NCBI RefSeq assembly: GCF_009914755.1
Contig: NC_060927.1
From: the human T2T-CHM13v2.0 reference genome, Homo sapiens
DNA length: 64,000 nt
Direction: 5' to 3' (one strand)
Part shown: in pieces, positions 14,929-27,560 of the stretch
Numbering within the stretch: position 1 is the stretch's first letter
Layout of the letters: each line of letters begins with the position of its first letter
Made by a program: the position numbers and the translations under genes
The notes under the pieces: model-generated
The model's database searches: none
What the model was told of the DNA's origin: nothing
Seen by the model: only the letters and a program-made list of their open reading frames with translations

Positions 14929-17595
14929 GGCCAGGCAATGCACCACGATCCCAGGAGCACGAAGTCAGAGCCTGGGGTGCTCCAGTCCTCTCCTCCTGGC
15001 CCACACCAGGACGCTGTTCCCAAGAAGTCCACACAAACAGAAGCTTCCCAGTCACCAGGTGCCCTGTGCCTGCAGAGAGTTCCCCAACAGCCCCTCGGCT
15101 GAGGGCCAGCACAGATGAGTGAGGAACAAAGGCCAGTGTGACTCACGGCCTCATTACAGAGACTCTGCCAGGCCCTGCTGTCCCTCCCTGAAGGTCAGGC
15201 TCTCCTCAGACAGTGGCTGTGTGTCCGCCGGGACCTCCCTCTGCCAGTCTGCCATGGAGGCTCATGGTCCCTCTGCACCGGCCTTGACAGCAATCAGCAG
15301 CCCAGCAGGCTGGTCCATACTGGCTTGGGCTGGACAGAGCTGAAGCCCACGTGGTGCCTGGCCTTGGTGAGTGCCCACACGGAGGTCTGCTGCCACCTCG
15401 CCCTGTACAAGTGTGCTGGGCTGTTCCCCTCCTGGCAGAGGAGGGCCTGGGGAGAGATCAGCACAGAGGGACTGCCTCCTCAGGCCAGCTCTACAGACCT
15501 CGAGTTTTATTCCTCAAGGTCAAGCAGTCTATGGGTCCCCAAGCAGGAAGCCACGCCCTGGGTCATCTCAAGTTGTGTCCAGCCAGGGGGTTCATGGCCA
15601 CAGGAAGCTGTGTTCACAGAAAAAAACGCAGGCCTGTTCTCCCTCCATGGCCTGGAAGACTCATAAACATGCTTCCAAAGTGGCCTCGCTTTCTTCAGCT
15701 ACAAATGTCAGACTGGCCCTGCTGACCCCTCCTCACCCAGAGAAGGAGAAGGGGCTGGGAAGCCACCTCTGACTCCTGGGGTTCTGTTGTTGGGTGTGTC
15801 CTCTGCGCATTCCACAGGCACCAGGAACAGAATGTTCAGGCCTGAGGGCAGGCTGGGGCAGGCAGAAGCCCGAAGCTGGGGGTCAGACTCACACCAGCTG
15901 AACCCAGCACTGTGGTCGGGTCTAGGCCTCACTTCCACTCCCATCCCTAAACTGTCGCCCTAGTGGGCACGTTACCTGGTTCTCCCGTCGGACTATCCCA
16001 GGCTTAAGTGCAGACCCCAGCCTGGAGTCCACTGCCCTCCCCAGTGTGGATCCTACCGGCCTCCCCAAGGCTGTCCCTGCAACCGAACTCCAGACGAATT
16101 TCTCCAGCACCTGTTCCCCTCGTGCCCCCAATATTTCTTGCACTGCGTCTTTGTGCACACCCTTCATTTACTCATTCATTCAACAGATATTTTTAAGCCC
16201 CTCATAGGAGCAATGCATAACTGGCCCTAAACTCCAGCACAATTCCCACTGAGAGCTAGAGTTTCTGACCCCCTCTTCCCTCTGTCCCCACAGCTTAACC
16301 GAGAGAACAAAGTGGAAGAGACGCTGTGGTAGTCAGTTTCTAGGCATGGATCTTAAGAAACTGACAACTTCTATGTCCTATCTCTTGGGCTGCTCATGCT
16401 CCCAGCCACTCTGCTGTGAGGAAGACCACGTGGTCACACATAGAGGCCGTATGCCAGGGTCCTGCTCACAGCCCAGCCTTGCACATGAGTGGGCCGTCTT
16501 GGGCTGGCCCAACAGCCACCACGCACGCAGAGCAGGCGGTTCTTCTCACCGGGCCCTGCCCAACCTGTAGATTCCGCATCAAACAATAATTGGCTTTAAA
16601 CAAACTGCTAAGCTTGGGTGTCCTTCGTTACATAGCCGTAGTTAACTGCATTTGGGGAATCTCTTCCTCATCCGTGATCTCGCTATTTCAGATGTAGCAA
16701 CTCCCAAACCTCTCACAGCCCAGACCTCTCCTCTGAGCTTTCAGATCATATACCCAGGCTCTGGTAGGGATGAGCATGTATCTCACTCCACCAGTCTCTC
16801 AGGACTGCCACTTCCAAGCCTGCCTCTCCCAAGTGGCCTGCCTCAAGGAAAGGTGCAGCCAGAAATGCAAGCCTCACTCGGAGCCCCTACCATCTCAGTC
16901 CCACATCCACTCTGCCTGTCCCCACACCTCTCCCACAGCTGTCCCCCACTCCTGCCCACAGACGCTGCCTTCACCACGGCCCTTTGTCCCTCTAATCTGT
17001 CTCCTCACAAAACCACTGTGTGCTCTTCACAGGCACAACCCACAGGTGCACTGTGAGGATGGCCCTTGCTCACACAGTGTGTGGTCAACACACTGCCTGA
17101 GAAAGGAGCATCCGGACCCCTTGCAATCTGGAAAGACACATCCACGTGAGCCTCCTTCTTGCAAGTACATGGTCATATGCTGCAGCTGCAGACAGAACTT
17201 CTCATGACCCTCACGGGGGCCATGCCCGTGCTCCTCCCCTCTGCTGCAGGCCAACACATCACCCAGGCCAAACGTCTGCCAGGCCTCATGGCCAGCTGAG
17301 GCACCTCCTCTCAGCCAGAGCCTAACAGCTCTTTCCCCAGAATTCCCAACGTACTCTCTGAACCTTCCTGAAGACGGGTCCCACTTTTGCATAACAGAAG
17401 CATAAAATGCAGGTGTATCTGCTCTCCCTCCCTGGCACGCACCCCTCCTGAGAACAGAGCCCTTCTCACTGCTGCAATCTTGGGGCTTCTCCATGGCTCC
17501 ATTCCACAGATCAGTACTTAGGGCCTAGTAATTGCCAGCCTCCGCCCTAAATGCCAGGGTACACTGCGAGCAGAACAAACACAGGTTATCAGTCA

Positions 17596-17609
17596 AAAAA
17601 GAAAGAAAG

Positions 17610-17668
<59 letters not shown>

Positions 17669-17676
17669 AAAGAAAG

Positions 17677-17730
<54 letters not shown>
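17596..17730. repeat. (GAAA)n microsatellite
   Basis: About 135 bp of purine-only GAAA repeats with a few interruptions. Confidence 0.97.
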
Positions 17731-18503
17731 GATGATCTGTGATAAGTGCTCTGAAGCAAACCCAGGGCATAACAAGGGCACAGAGCAGACTCGGCCACAC
17801 GCAAACAGTCACTGCAAATGAATGAAGGAATGCCCGTAACACTCAGTCACTGCAATTGGATGAAGGAGTGCCCATTTGTTCCCTTGTGCAGCACTCTGTA
17901 TTTCTCAGAGCTCTCTCACATTCTATCATTTTCACAACAGCCCTGGGATGTTCACAGGAACTATAGCATTCTGTTTTGCAAATGAAGAAAATGAACAGTT
18001 TCCCAAGATCACACAGCAAGTTAGTGTCAAAGGCAGGCCGAGACCCTCAGCTTCTGGGCTGCCTGCCAACCCCATCACTGCCCGTCATCCATGGTTAGGA
18101 TCAGTTTGTTCAAACAGGAGATTGAACCGGCAGGAGGCAGAGAGAAATGGCCTGATTCTGAGAGAAGTGTTGCAGAAGGTTACTGGTTTAAAGGCATCAC
18201 CTGGTTAAAGACAGAGTCCTCTGTCTTTAAGGCTGGCCTAGTTTCCCTGGCTGCTCAAGGCCTGTTGTGGGATGCACATTCCCAAGGCATACAGCTGAGC
18301 AGCCCCCAAACAGGTGATCACTTCCTTCAGGTGTCACCACCTCTCACAGTGTCATCATAGTTTCGGACGTGGTCAAACATCATCACACAACGTATAATCA
18401 TACACAGTGAATCCTGGAACCACCCTCATCAGCACAGGAGACGCAGAAATAAACAACCATTTGCAGACTCTCATATAGAAAGAGGTGTCTGACCAAGTAG
18501 TTA

Positions 18504-18845
<342 letters not shown>

Positions 18846-20017
18846 TGAGAAGGATACACACACACACACACACACACGTGCATGCACAGTGAAACGTTCA
18901 GAAGGATATATACCAAAATGTTAACAGTAGTTGCCTTTGGGTGGTGGGTTCATAAGTAATCTTTATAATTTTTTGTCTATTCTGACAATTGTGACTATTT
19001 GCTTTTATAAATAAAAAACTATCAAAAGCAAATAATGTAACTGTATAAGAAAAATGACTTTCCTGTGAAAACCTGAGAAGAAAACATGTCAACACAGCTC
19101 ACTGGGTTATAATCCAGAAAATCAAAAGTGTGGTTTTAAAAATAGCTCAGTAGCACAGCAGAAGAATCTCAAAGAGCTTGAACTAGATTCCAGCTGCACG
19201 GAGCAGCAGGTGGAAGCCGGGTCCAGCGGTTTCTGTGTGACCTTCTCTGGGCCTCCAACCCACCCCACAGCCCACAGCATGAGCAAGTGGCACAAGATCA
19301 GTGGTGCTCACCCATCAGGGGCACCAGGACCACCTGAGGAGCTTCTGCAACAGGCCGCCCAGGCTCCACAAAGACCACAGGATCAGAACGTTGAGGACCA
19401 CTGATCTCTGCCCACCACCTCGTTCTTACTGGGGTGTGTTTTTAGGGGAGGGTCCACAGAGTGTGGGCAGGGGCTCTGGAGTACATTTCTGACACTGCAG
19501 TGGGAACTGCTTGTTTACCAGGAGCAGTTTCCAACGCAGCATCCAATTCATTTCTCAGGGTCACCTTGACCCTCGGCAGGTTCTGGGCCAGATGGTCATT
19601 CTTACAGGCATGAATTCTTCCCCCATCTTGTTCAGGTCTCACAGATCAGGCCAATTAAATTTTAAATAACTGTTAAGGTTCTTCTTTATTTTCTGCTTCT
19701 GATCTCGACTGGCAGAACCCACCCACAGGTGAAGATGAAAGACTTGTCCACCCCCTGCCAGGCTGGCCTGCTCCCACACTGTCTCCAAGCAGCCTCTCTT
19801 GCCTCCCCTGCAACACCTCCTCCTGGGGAAGGGGGATCTTCTTGGCCTCCCTCCGCAGGGCCGCTCCCACCACCTGCTGGAGCACACAGCCCTCATTGCT
19901 ATCAACGTTGACCCCAGAACCTGCTGTGTGAGCGGCATGAGGGCAGGGGTGTCTGCCTGGCACAGGTACACAGTATATGCTGCCTGAATGAGTGAATGAA
20001 TGAATGAATGAACGAAC

Positions 20018-23000
20018 TGCTGTGGCCCTCACCTGTCCAGGGCTGGGTGTCAAGGGTCCACCATACCCTTAACCCAAGGGTGAGACCCCCTCCCTCATTG
20101 ATGAGGTGAAGAGGAGGTGACCATAACAACAGGCTCACAAACAGATGGGCCCACCGTGACTGAGGACACCTGGCCAGCTCTCCCTGCCTGTTCTTTGCTT
20201 GCTAACAAGCCCACACAGCCAGTTGGGATGCAACTGCAAATTGCTGGCTTGAACCTCTGCTGTCTCTCTTGGGCTCTGTCATCTCCTCCCACCCTAAAGG
20301 GTTATTTTCGCCCCCATGACGAGAACCACTGTTAACTGACTACAGGCTGGTGTGGGGCTGGTGGGTGCTCCCTGGCACTCCTGCCACCTGGTCTGACTTA
20401 CAAATTGGCTTGACAAGATGAGACTCCACAGACCCTCCCCTGCTCACCATTAAAACAGTTAATACTACCCAATGCAAATTACAACAGGACCTTCAAGGAG
20501 GGAAATTTATTATGTGAGACTTAAACAGGGTATGTCAATCCTCCTGCTTCTCCTTTACACAGGCCAATATGGCTCATTCCTAAACCTGGGGAGAACAAAA
20601 GGGTGCCTCCTGGTGGATTACCACCACCTTAATGGCATGACCCTGTCCATTCAGACCCCCACATCCAATACCGAATATTATTGAAATCACTGACTCCATC
20701 CAAATCAACTGGTACTTTGCTGCTATAGACTTGGCTAATACATTCTGTTCAGTGCCTATTTCACCAGCCTCTCAGACACAGTTGGCCTTCACCTCTAAAG
20801 GGACACTAGATACCTTTTCCAGGCTCCCCACGGGGACCTCCGCAGCTCTGCCATCACACACAGTCATGCGGCCAAGGTCTCCCCTGCATCTGCCTTTCTC
20901 AGGAGCACAGTTACATTACACTGATGATGCCCTCCTCCGCAGAGGCTCTTTTGACACACTCATTAAGGGCATACAAGTAACTCACAAAGGCACTCACAAT
21001 GAGAGAGGGGGCCATCACCCTACATGTGGTGCGAGGCCTGGCACCTTGGTTAAATGCCTGAAAATTACTTGGTAAACTGAGAGCCGTCCCCAACACTGCA
21101 ACAAAAGAAGTATTAACCTTCTCAGCATCCACAACATTAATACAAGTCTCCAATATCTTTTAGTTCTTTTTGGGTTTTGGAAGCAACATATTTCTCATCT
21201 ACAAATTTTACTTACGCCCATTTATGCTGTCATCTGCAAAGCAAGCCAACTCAAACAGGCCACTCCAACAAAAGGTTCTAGGATCTGCCCAAGTTAATAT
21301 CAGCAGTTACTCTTATTAGTGCCCCCAGAAACGCCTTCATGGAAGAGAGGGGCATTAGCAACCTCCCCTCAAGCCCTGGAGTCTACAGGCTGATGGCCGT
21401 AAGTTGTCTAGGGGCTGCGGATCCAGGGAAATGCTCTCCTCCACCCTGCACTGTGCACCATCAGAGGAGTAGCTGCTGGACACATGCTGGGCTCTCCTGG
21501 AAGCATAGGTTCTCACAGACGTTGTGCCTGTGACCCTCCATTCCCACTGCCCATTATGCCTTCACATGTGGCACCCCCAAGCTCAGTACAGCTACTGAGG
21601 TCTCCTTAAAAATAGAATGGAGCCAAACCTGGGCTCTCTGGCATATGCCACCTGCAGGAGGGGTGGTCTCCCCTGTCCTCAGTCCTTTGCCAGACGCCAT
21701 GGTGCCAGAGGAGTCACCCCTCCCTGGGCCTCTTGGCTACCCAAGGCCCCTTGAGATGGGCTGGCCATTCACGGTGGGAGCTATAGGCTTCACGGTGGGT
21801 GCTGCCGTGTAATATGCAAGGGAGCTCAGGGGAAGGCTGCTGCTTCCCATCTTAACCAGGAAGTCCCTGATAAAGAGCAAACCTCTAAGGGTCAGCGCAG
21901 TGGCCAAGCATCAGGCAATCAACAGCATAGGCGCCCTGGCCTGCTGGCAGCTCCCTCTGCACCTGGGCACAGGCTCTTGGCCCAGAGCCTCAAAGATGCC
22001 CCACTTGGGGGTAGAGAGCTCTGGGAATTTCCTGCCTCACTGACACACAAAACATAAAACAGGGTAACAAATGCCTACACATATACTACAGCCACACACA
22101 AGGCCTCAGCCAGTCACTCCTGATCCTCTCTAAAGTTCAGACATGGCCGACGGTGGCCAAGGCCCTCATTTCCTTCTTGAAATATAGAGCACCAGCTCTG
22201 CAGGAAGCACCCAGTGGAGCCTCTACTTCCTGGGTGGGCCACAGGCAGCCAGGGTTAGCAGGAGGCACATGGGCCCCTCACTTCAACTCCGATGAAGTGA
22301 CAGGTGGCAAAGTGACCTCCACTGGGTGTCACCACTGTCACAGGCACTGATTAAGCCAGATCCAACCCCCCCCCGGGGACACACACTCCCCATACCCAGG
22401 CCACCAAATCCCTCTGTTGCCCTTCCTGGACAAGAGCACCACATGGTACTCTCCCTCCTGGCCAAGGGTCTGTGCTGCTTCCTGGAGAGGCTCTTCTATT
22501 CCCTGGAAGTCTCAGTCAACACCAAGACTTAAGCTGGCATCGAGGCATCAAGGGGTCAATGGTGGGGTAAGGCCTAAAACTACGAAGTGCGGCCTCAACA
22601 CCTGGAGAAAGCAAGATAATGTGAGCGGCGCGTTCCCCTCCTGACTCTGCTCCTGTGGATGAGGTTCCCAGCCCAAGAGCCTCCTTATCTCAGGGCAGGA
22701 ACTGTCCCTCCACATCCCCGAGGAGCACGCTTCAGTTTCTGCCACCCTGTGGAATTACGCATATAGTCAGGAATGGAGGGCAGGTTTCCCACTCTCTTGT
22801 TATGACAAATCTTGCCCCCCACATCCCCTGCTGACTCACTCTGCTCCCCAGTGGCCCCGCAAGGTGTGCAGCATCCTCCTGCCTGGGTGACTGGTATGAG
22901 GACTAACAAATTGCCGTGGTCCTCACCTGTCCAGAGCCAGGTGTTGAGTGTCCACCATCCCCATAACCCTAGGGCAGGACTCCCCACCCTCACCAGCAGA

Positions 23001-23325
23001 GTAAAGAGGAGGCAATTAAAACAGGCTGCTCTCACCTCCTCCCGCACCCCCAGTCTTCTCTCTCTGCCCACATGAAACACCCCTCCAGCCAGCCCTCTTG
23101 CCCTCCTGGCCTTTCTAGACCGCTCGGTGTCTCTGTAAGGCCATAGCTTGCCTGGAGACCCCCGTTCTTCCCGGCACATGCACACAATGCTCATCCCAGT
23201 CCACCCACAGAGCCCAGGACTGCATCAGTTTCTGGAGACTGCTGCCATTCCTGCCTGCTCCACGCATTCCAGTGAGGAGTCCTGGTGGAATTTCAGAAAG
23301 ATTAACTTGGAGGAGCTTGGCGTCA
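20018..23325 (+). mobile_element. Decayed class III (ERVL-like) provirus: partial 5' LTR, pol remnant, 3' LTR
   Basis: Direct repeats starting at 20018 (tgctgtggccctcacctgtccagggctgggtgt) and 22912 (tgccgtggtcctcacctgtccagagccaggtgt). RT-like peptides at 20.6-21.2 kb: VDYHHLN, DLANTFCSVP, LHYTDDALL, GFWKQHISHLQILLTPIY. Confidence 0.8.
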
Positions 23326-23768
23326 TCAGGTAAACCCTTTAAAGGGAGCAGGTGCTTCCTGAAGTCAGAGAGGGATTTCACCCAAGGGAGGTTTCTCCAC
23401 TGCTGCCTTTGAAGATGGAAGGGCCACAAGGCAAGACGTAGGAGTGGCCTCGAGAAGTGAAGTGCAGCCCCTGGCTGATAGCCAGCAAGGAAATGGAACT
23501 GCAGTCCTTCAACCTCAGGGAGGAACCCAGCACCAGGAGGTGAGTTCTGAAGACAGGACTATGCTTAGAAGTGGATGTTCCCCCAGAGCCTCATGAAGAG
23601 AATGCATCCTGGCCAGCACGTGGATTTCAGCTGTTGAGACCCTGAGCAGAGATCCCAGCCATACCATGCCTGCCCTCTGCCTTACAGAACTATGAGCTAA
23701 TCAATGCGTGCTGTTTTAAGCTGTTAAATTTGTGGTAATGTGGAACACAGCGATATAAAACTGATACA
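23326..23768 (+). mobile_element. MLT1 LTR (5'-truncated)
   Basis: gaagatggaagggccac...tttaagctgttaaatttgtggtaat...aactgataca. Confidence 0.78.
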
Positions 23769-24369
23769 AAAACCACATGTTGCCAAATCTTCTGAGTTTT
23801 AAAGAGGAGCTGAATATAAGCACTTTAATGAAAAGCTTCCAGTTTTGAAATGTTTGCACTGAACTGAACACTAACCAGCCAACAAACCGATGCAGACCAG
23901 CACGACAGCTGTGTACACCCACTTTGAACCTCTCATATATGCAATGAAAAGAAAGCAGACTTGTAGCAGAGAGTTTTTCTTCTTCATGGGAACACATCCC
24001 TAGTCTCTAATATGTGCTGCCCTGTGCACGCACATGGGCAGATGGGCACCTGTATAAAAAGCAGCTTCTGTTTCTAAGGAAGGCATAGGCTCAGAGCCTT
24101 AGAAGAAAGATGACTGAGACTGCATTTTAAAAAATGAATGCATAGCAAAAAGCCACCAAAAGCAAAGTCAAAAGATAAATGGAAAAAAAAGGAAACATTT
24201 ATAATCCACATCACAATGAAATGATCAATTTCCTTAATATATACAAAGCCCCTAGGTATCAATAAGAAAACAGAAAAACACCCCATAGAAAAATGAGCAA
24301 AGAATATAAATAGAAATATCAAGACCTCAACCTGTCTCACTCATAATAAGGAGCACAGATCACACCATA

Positions 24370-24913
24370 ATGACCACAGCAGGCAGCAGCCCTGGAGGAA
24401 GGCCCCCGACCCTGCCTCCTGGTACTGATGCTTTTAGCCAATTGCTTCCCCTGAAATGTGGCTCAACCTGGTGACCTGATTCTCACCAACAGAAGCAAGG
24501 CCATGCTGCTTCTATGACTAGTTTACAGAGGACAGTGATGTCTGTCTTGCCAGCAGACTATTTTTCCGTCTTGGACTGTACCCTGATGAGGCAGGCACCA
24601 TGATGGAGATGTCCACATGGAGAGGACCTGAGGGGGCCTCTGGGCAACAGCAGTGAGGAACTGAGGCTCGCAGTCCAGTATCCACCAGGAATGTCACCCT
24701 CTAAGTGAGCTGGGCTAGTGCCACAGCCTCAGGAGAGACCATGAAGCAGAAAAGCCAGCTAAACTTCACCTGGATTCTTTACCCACAGTAACCACGAGAT
24801 AATACATGCTATCATATGAACCATGTGTGTTTTATTGGGATACATACATGCTTAATATAACGCGTGAGTTTTGGGATAACTTGTTAGGCATCAAGAGAAA
24901 TTAAATTAATACA
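24370..24913 (+). mobile_element. MLT1 (MLT1F-like) LTR inside an old L1 3' fragment
   Basis: MLT1-like body ending gagttttgggataacttgttaggca...taataca; L1-like A-rich flanks (24100-24350, 24915-25030). Confidence 0.65.
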
Positions 24914-25037
24914 ATGAAATGCAATTTCCAGCTGGCAGATTACTAAAGATCAAAAAGGTTGAAAAAACCTGTGTTGATGAGTGTTGGGAACAAGCATTTC
25001 CCTGTGGTACTGGAGGAAGTACAACATCCTACCACTA

Positions 25038-25536
25038 TGCGGGAGTTCAGTCAGAGTAGTGGGAAAAATTATAAAGATAGTTATAGGAAATAGTCACAAA
25101 CCTTCTTGGAAGGCCGGGGTGTTGCATAGCTTCAGTAAAAGATTTAGCTGAAGGCAGCCTAATCCTCTTTACCTTGAGTTGATAGCAGAAGAGCAAATAA
25201 CAAGGGAATGTGGGGGAGTTTATCTAAATAGCTTGTTTACTCATGCGGTCCTAAGACAAACCTTTGATCATCTGTAGGACTGCTCTCTCTGGTGGAGGGC
25301 AACCAAATTAATTACCCACAGGTGTGTTGACTCAAAGCCTTTGTCATTTAATCTGTACTAAATAAATATGAATTTCGCCGGCGTATGGGACGATGCTGCA
25401 GACTCAGAGCACAGCCCCTTAGCTGGATTGACAGGCAAAATATCTGTGTCAATGTGTGTCAATGTACATGTCTCATCTGTCACTGGGTCAGGGTCTGTGG
25501 GTTGGACCGCGCGCGCCCCACCCCCCGCCCACCGCA
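25038..25536 (+). mobile_element. Solo LTR of LTR22 type (HERV-K HML-5)
   Basis: TG...CA ends; ggagttcagtcagagtagtgggaaaaattata resembles the LTR22 start; AATAAA at ~25361; 6-bp TSD ccacta (25032-25037, 25537-25542). Confidence 0.85.
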
Positions 25537-25693
25537 CCACTAAGCAGATGATTTGGTGATCTCCATCAAAGCCACAAATGCACATGCTCTTTACCCAGCA
25601 ATTCTACTCGCAACAAGTTATCCTACCAATTTATTCAGAGATGTATACAATGATTTATGTCAAGATGATTCACTGCAACATTTGTTTTTTAAG

Positions 25694-26079
25694 TGGTTAC
25701 AGGCTAAATTATGTCCCTGCAAAAATTCGTATGTTGAAGTCCTAACACCCAGTACCTCAGAATGAGACTATAATTAGAGACACAGCCTTTAAGAGGTAAT
25801 TAAATTAAAATGAGGTCATTAGGGTGGGCCCTAACCCAATCTGATGGGTGTCCTCTTAGGAAGAGGGATTAGGACAGAGACATGCAGAGGAAAGATCACC
25901 TGAAGACACGGAGAAAAGGCAGCCGTCTGCAAGCCAAGGAGAGGCCACAGGAGAAACCAATGCTGCCAACACCTTGATCTTGGACTTCCAGCCTCTAGAA
26001 CTGTGTGAAAATAAATGTCTGTTGTTGAAGCACCCCAGTGTGTGGGACTTTGTTATGGCAGCAGTAGTTGACTGACACA
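25694..26079 (+). mobile_element. MLT1B-like LTR
   Basis: aaattcgtatgttgaagtcctaacacccagtacctcagaat ... actgacaca. Confidence 0.85.
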
Positions 26080-26361
26080 GTTGTTAAACTTCAAAGTACA
26101 TCAGAAGGGAAATGATTAAGTAAATTTTGGTCTACATCAATCATATGGGCTAATAAATTGTCTACTGAAGATTAACTTGGGTTAAATTTAGTCTCTGTCA
26201 CCAGAGACTAAAAGAATCTTGCCCAATATATAGAAAAAAAAAAATGGCTTTTCAAGAGGACTGCCCGACAACCTTTAAGCTCAACCTTACATGCAGCTGC
26301 CTACTCTATAGGTGATGTTCGGCAGTGCCCCGCTCCCTGTCCCCATTTAGTTCCCTCTTAC

Positions 26362-26634
26362 CTGGAAATAGTCCAGAAGCATGCCGGCCCAGGACAGTCC
26401 CAGGCCTGCAAACATGAAGGGCACGGTCACCTGAAGGCCTATGGACCAGGCGGTCTCCCTGCTAGGCTCAGTCTCCAGTGGCTTGGGGGTCACGCTTTGG
26501 CTCTCAGGGGCCCTGAGAGCTCCATCTTCTGAGGCTACAGGGAGTCCTCCTGTGCTGAGGGGGTGAGGAAGCCCCAGCTCCCCTGGCTTGCCACAGCTGT
26601 CCAGCCTCCGCTGCCGGGTCTCTGTCCCATCCAT
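26362..26634 (-). CDS. SLC41A3: SLC41A3 first coding exon (exon 26362-26661; 27 nt of 5'UTR plus 91 codons, MDGTETRQRR...AGMLLDYFQ)
   Basis: Recognised SLC41A3 N-terminus; acceptor tctcccactgtag| at 26661; phase-0 donor CAG|gtaaga; joins in frame to HWPVF. Confidence 0.97.
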
Positions 26635-27480
26635 CTGGGCACAGCTGGGCGCCTGGCAGCCCTACAGTGGGAGACACAAAGTTGTAGGGCCAAGTTCCTG
26701 ATTCCCATGGCGCTAACACCCAAGGAGCCTCAGGCACCTGTCCAGCCCCAGGCCGGCATGGTCCCATCCAACCCACAGCCCTTACTCAGCACCTGCTCCA
26801 CCAGCCTCCTGCACCCCAATTTACAATAGTTTGTTGTTTAATATGCACATGTGTGAGCACAAAACATACAGAAAAGCACAAACATATATGGGCTAAAGTC
26901 AGCAAAAAAGGGCCTCTGAAAATTCTCTCTCCTATAAAAGCAATTTAAAAAAAACCCAGCAAAAACTGTCAAAATCATCTTTTTCAGAACTCTTACTGAT
27001 ACCAAAGGCTCAAGGCATCCAGGAATACCCATTCAAGAAAAATTGCTGACTCTCAGCAAGAAAGATCACTTTGTAACATTCAAGATGCTGGTGACATTCT
27101 AACATGCCTGGTCCCACTACCCTCTCCAGCTCTGCCCTAGCCTTGAAAATTGACAGCCTGCAACTGCAGTGAGAGCCAGCAGCCTGAAGGGCATGACAAG
27201 GCTAGAGTTCTTACAAGTCCCCATGCCCAAAGAATTATTTTTTGACCCATCTGGAGATCCCTGGAAGACCCCACTTGGAGGGCTGTCTGTATTTAACCCC
27301 ACTTGGAGTTCACCTGGTGCAAAACCTTTTGCCCTGGGAGAAGTTAGTAGAAAACAATTATAGGCACAGTGGCTACCAGCTGGGGTGAACAACAGACTAA
27401 TGAAAACACTTAAAAGGAAAAGCTGAGGAAGGGGAAGTCAACAGGGGTTTCGAAAAATTCCCGCACACTCTGGGCATCTA

Positions 27481-27560
27481 TTAGGTTGGTGCGAAAGTAA
27501 TTGCAGTTTTTGCTATTACTTTTGACAGCAAAAACTGCAATTACTTTCGCACCAACCTAA
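27481..27560. mobile_element. MADE1 (Hsmar1-derived MITE), 80 bp
   Basis: 34-bp perfect inverted arms ttaggttggtgcgaaagtaattgcagtttttgct; TA duplication on both sides. Confidence 0.96.

Noticed and set aside
14087-15102. 240-aa (minus) and 187-aa (plus) ORFs overlapping the alternative exon
   Set aside because: They are off-frame or antisense shadows in GC-rich sequence; the 240-aa ORF runs through a MIR; no recognisable domain.
17525-17842. KKER-rich and FFLS-rich ORFs
   Set aside because: Translations of the (GAAA)n microsatellite.
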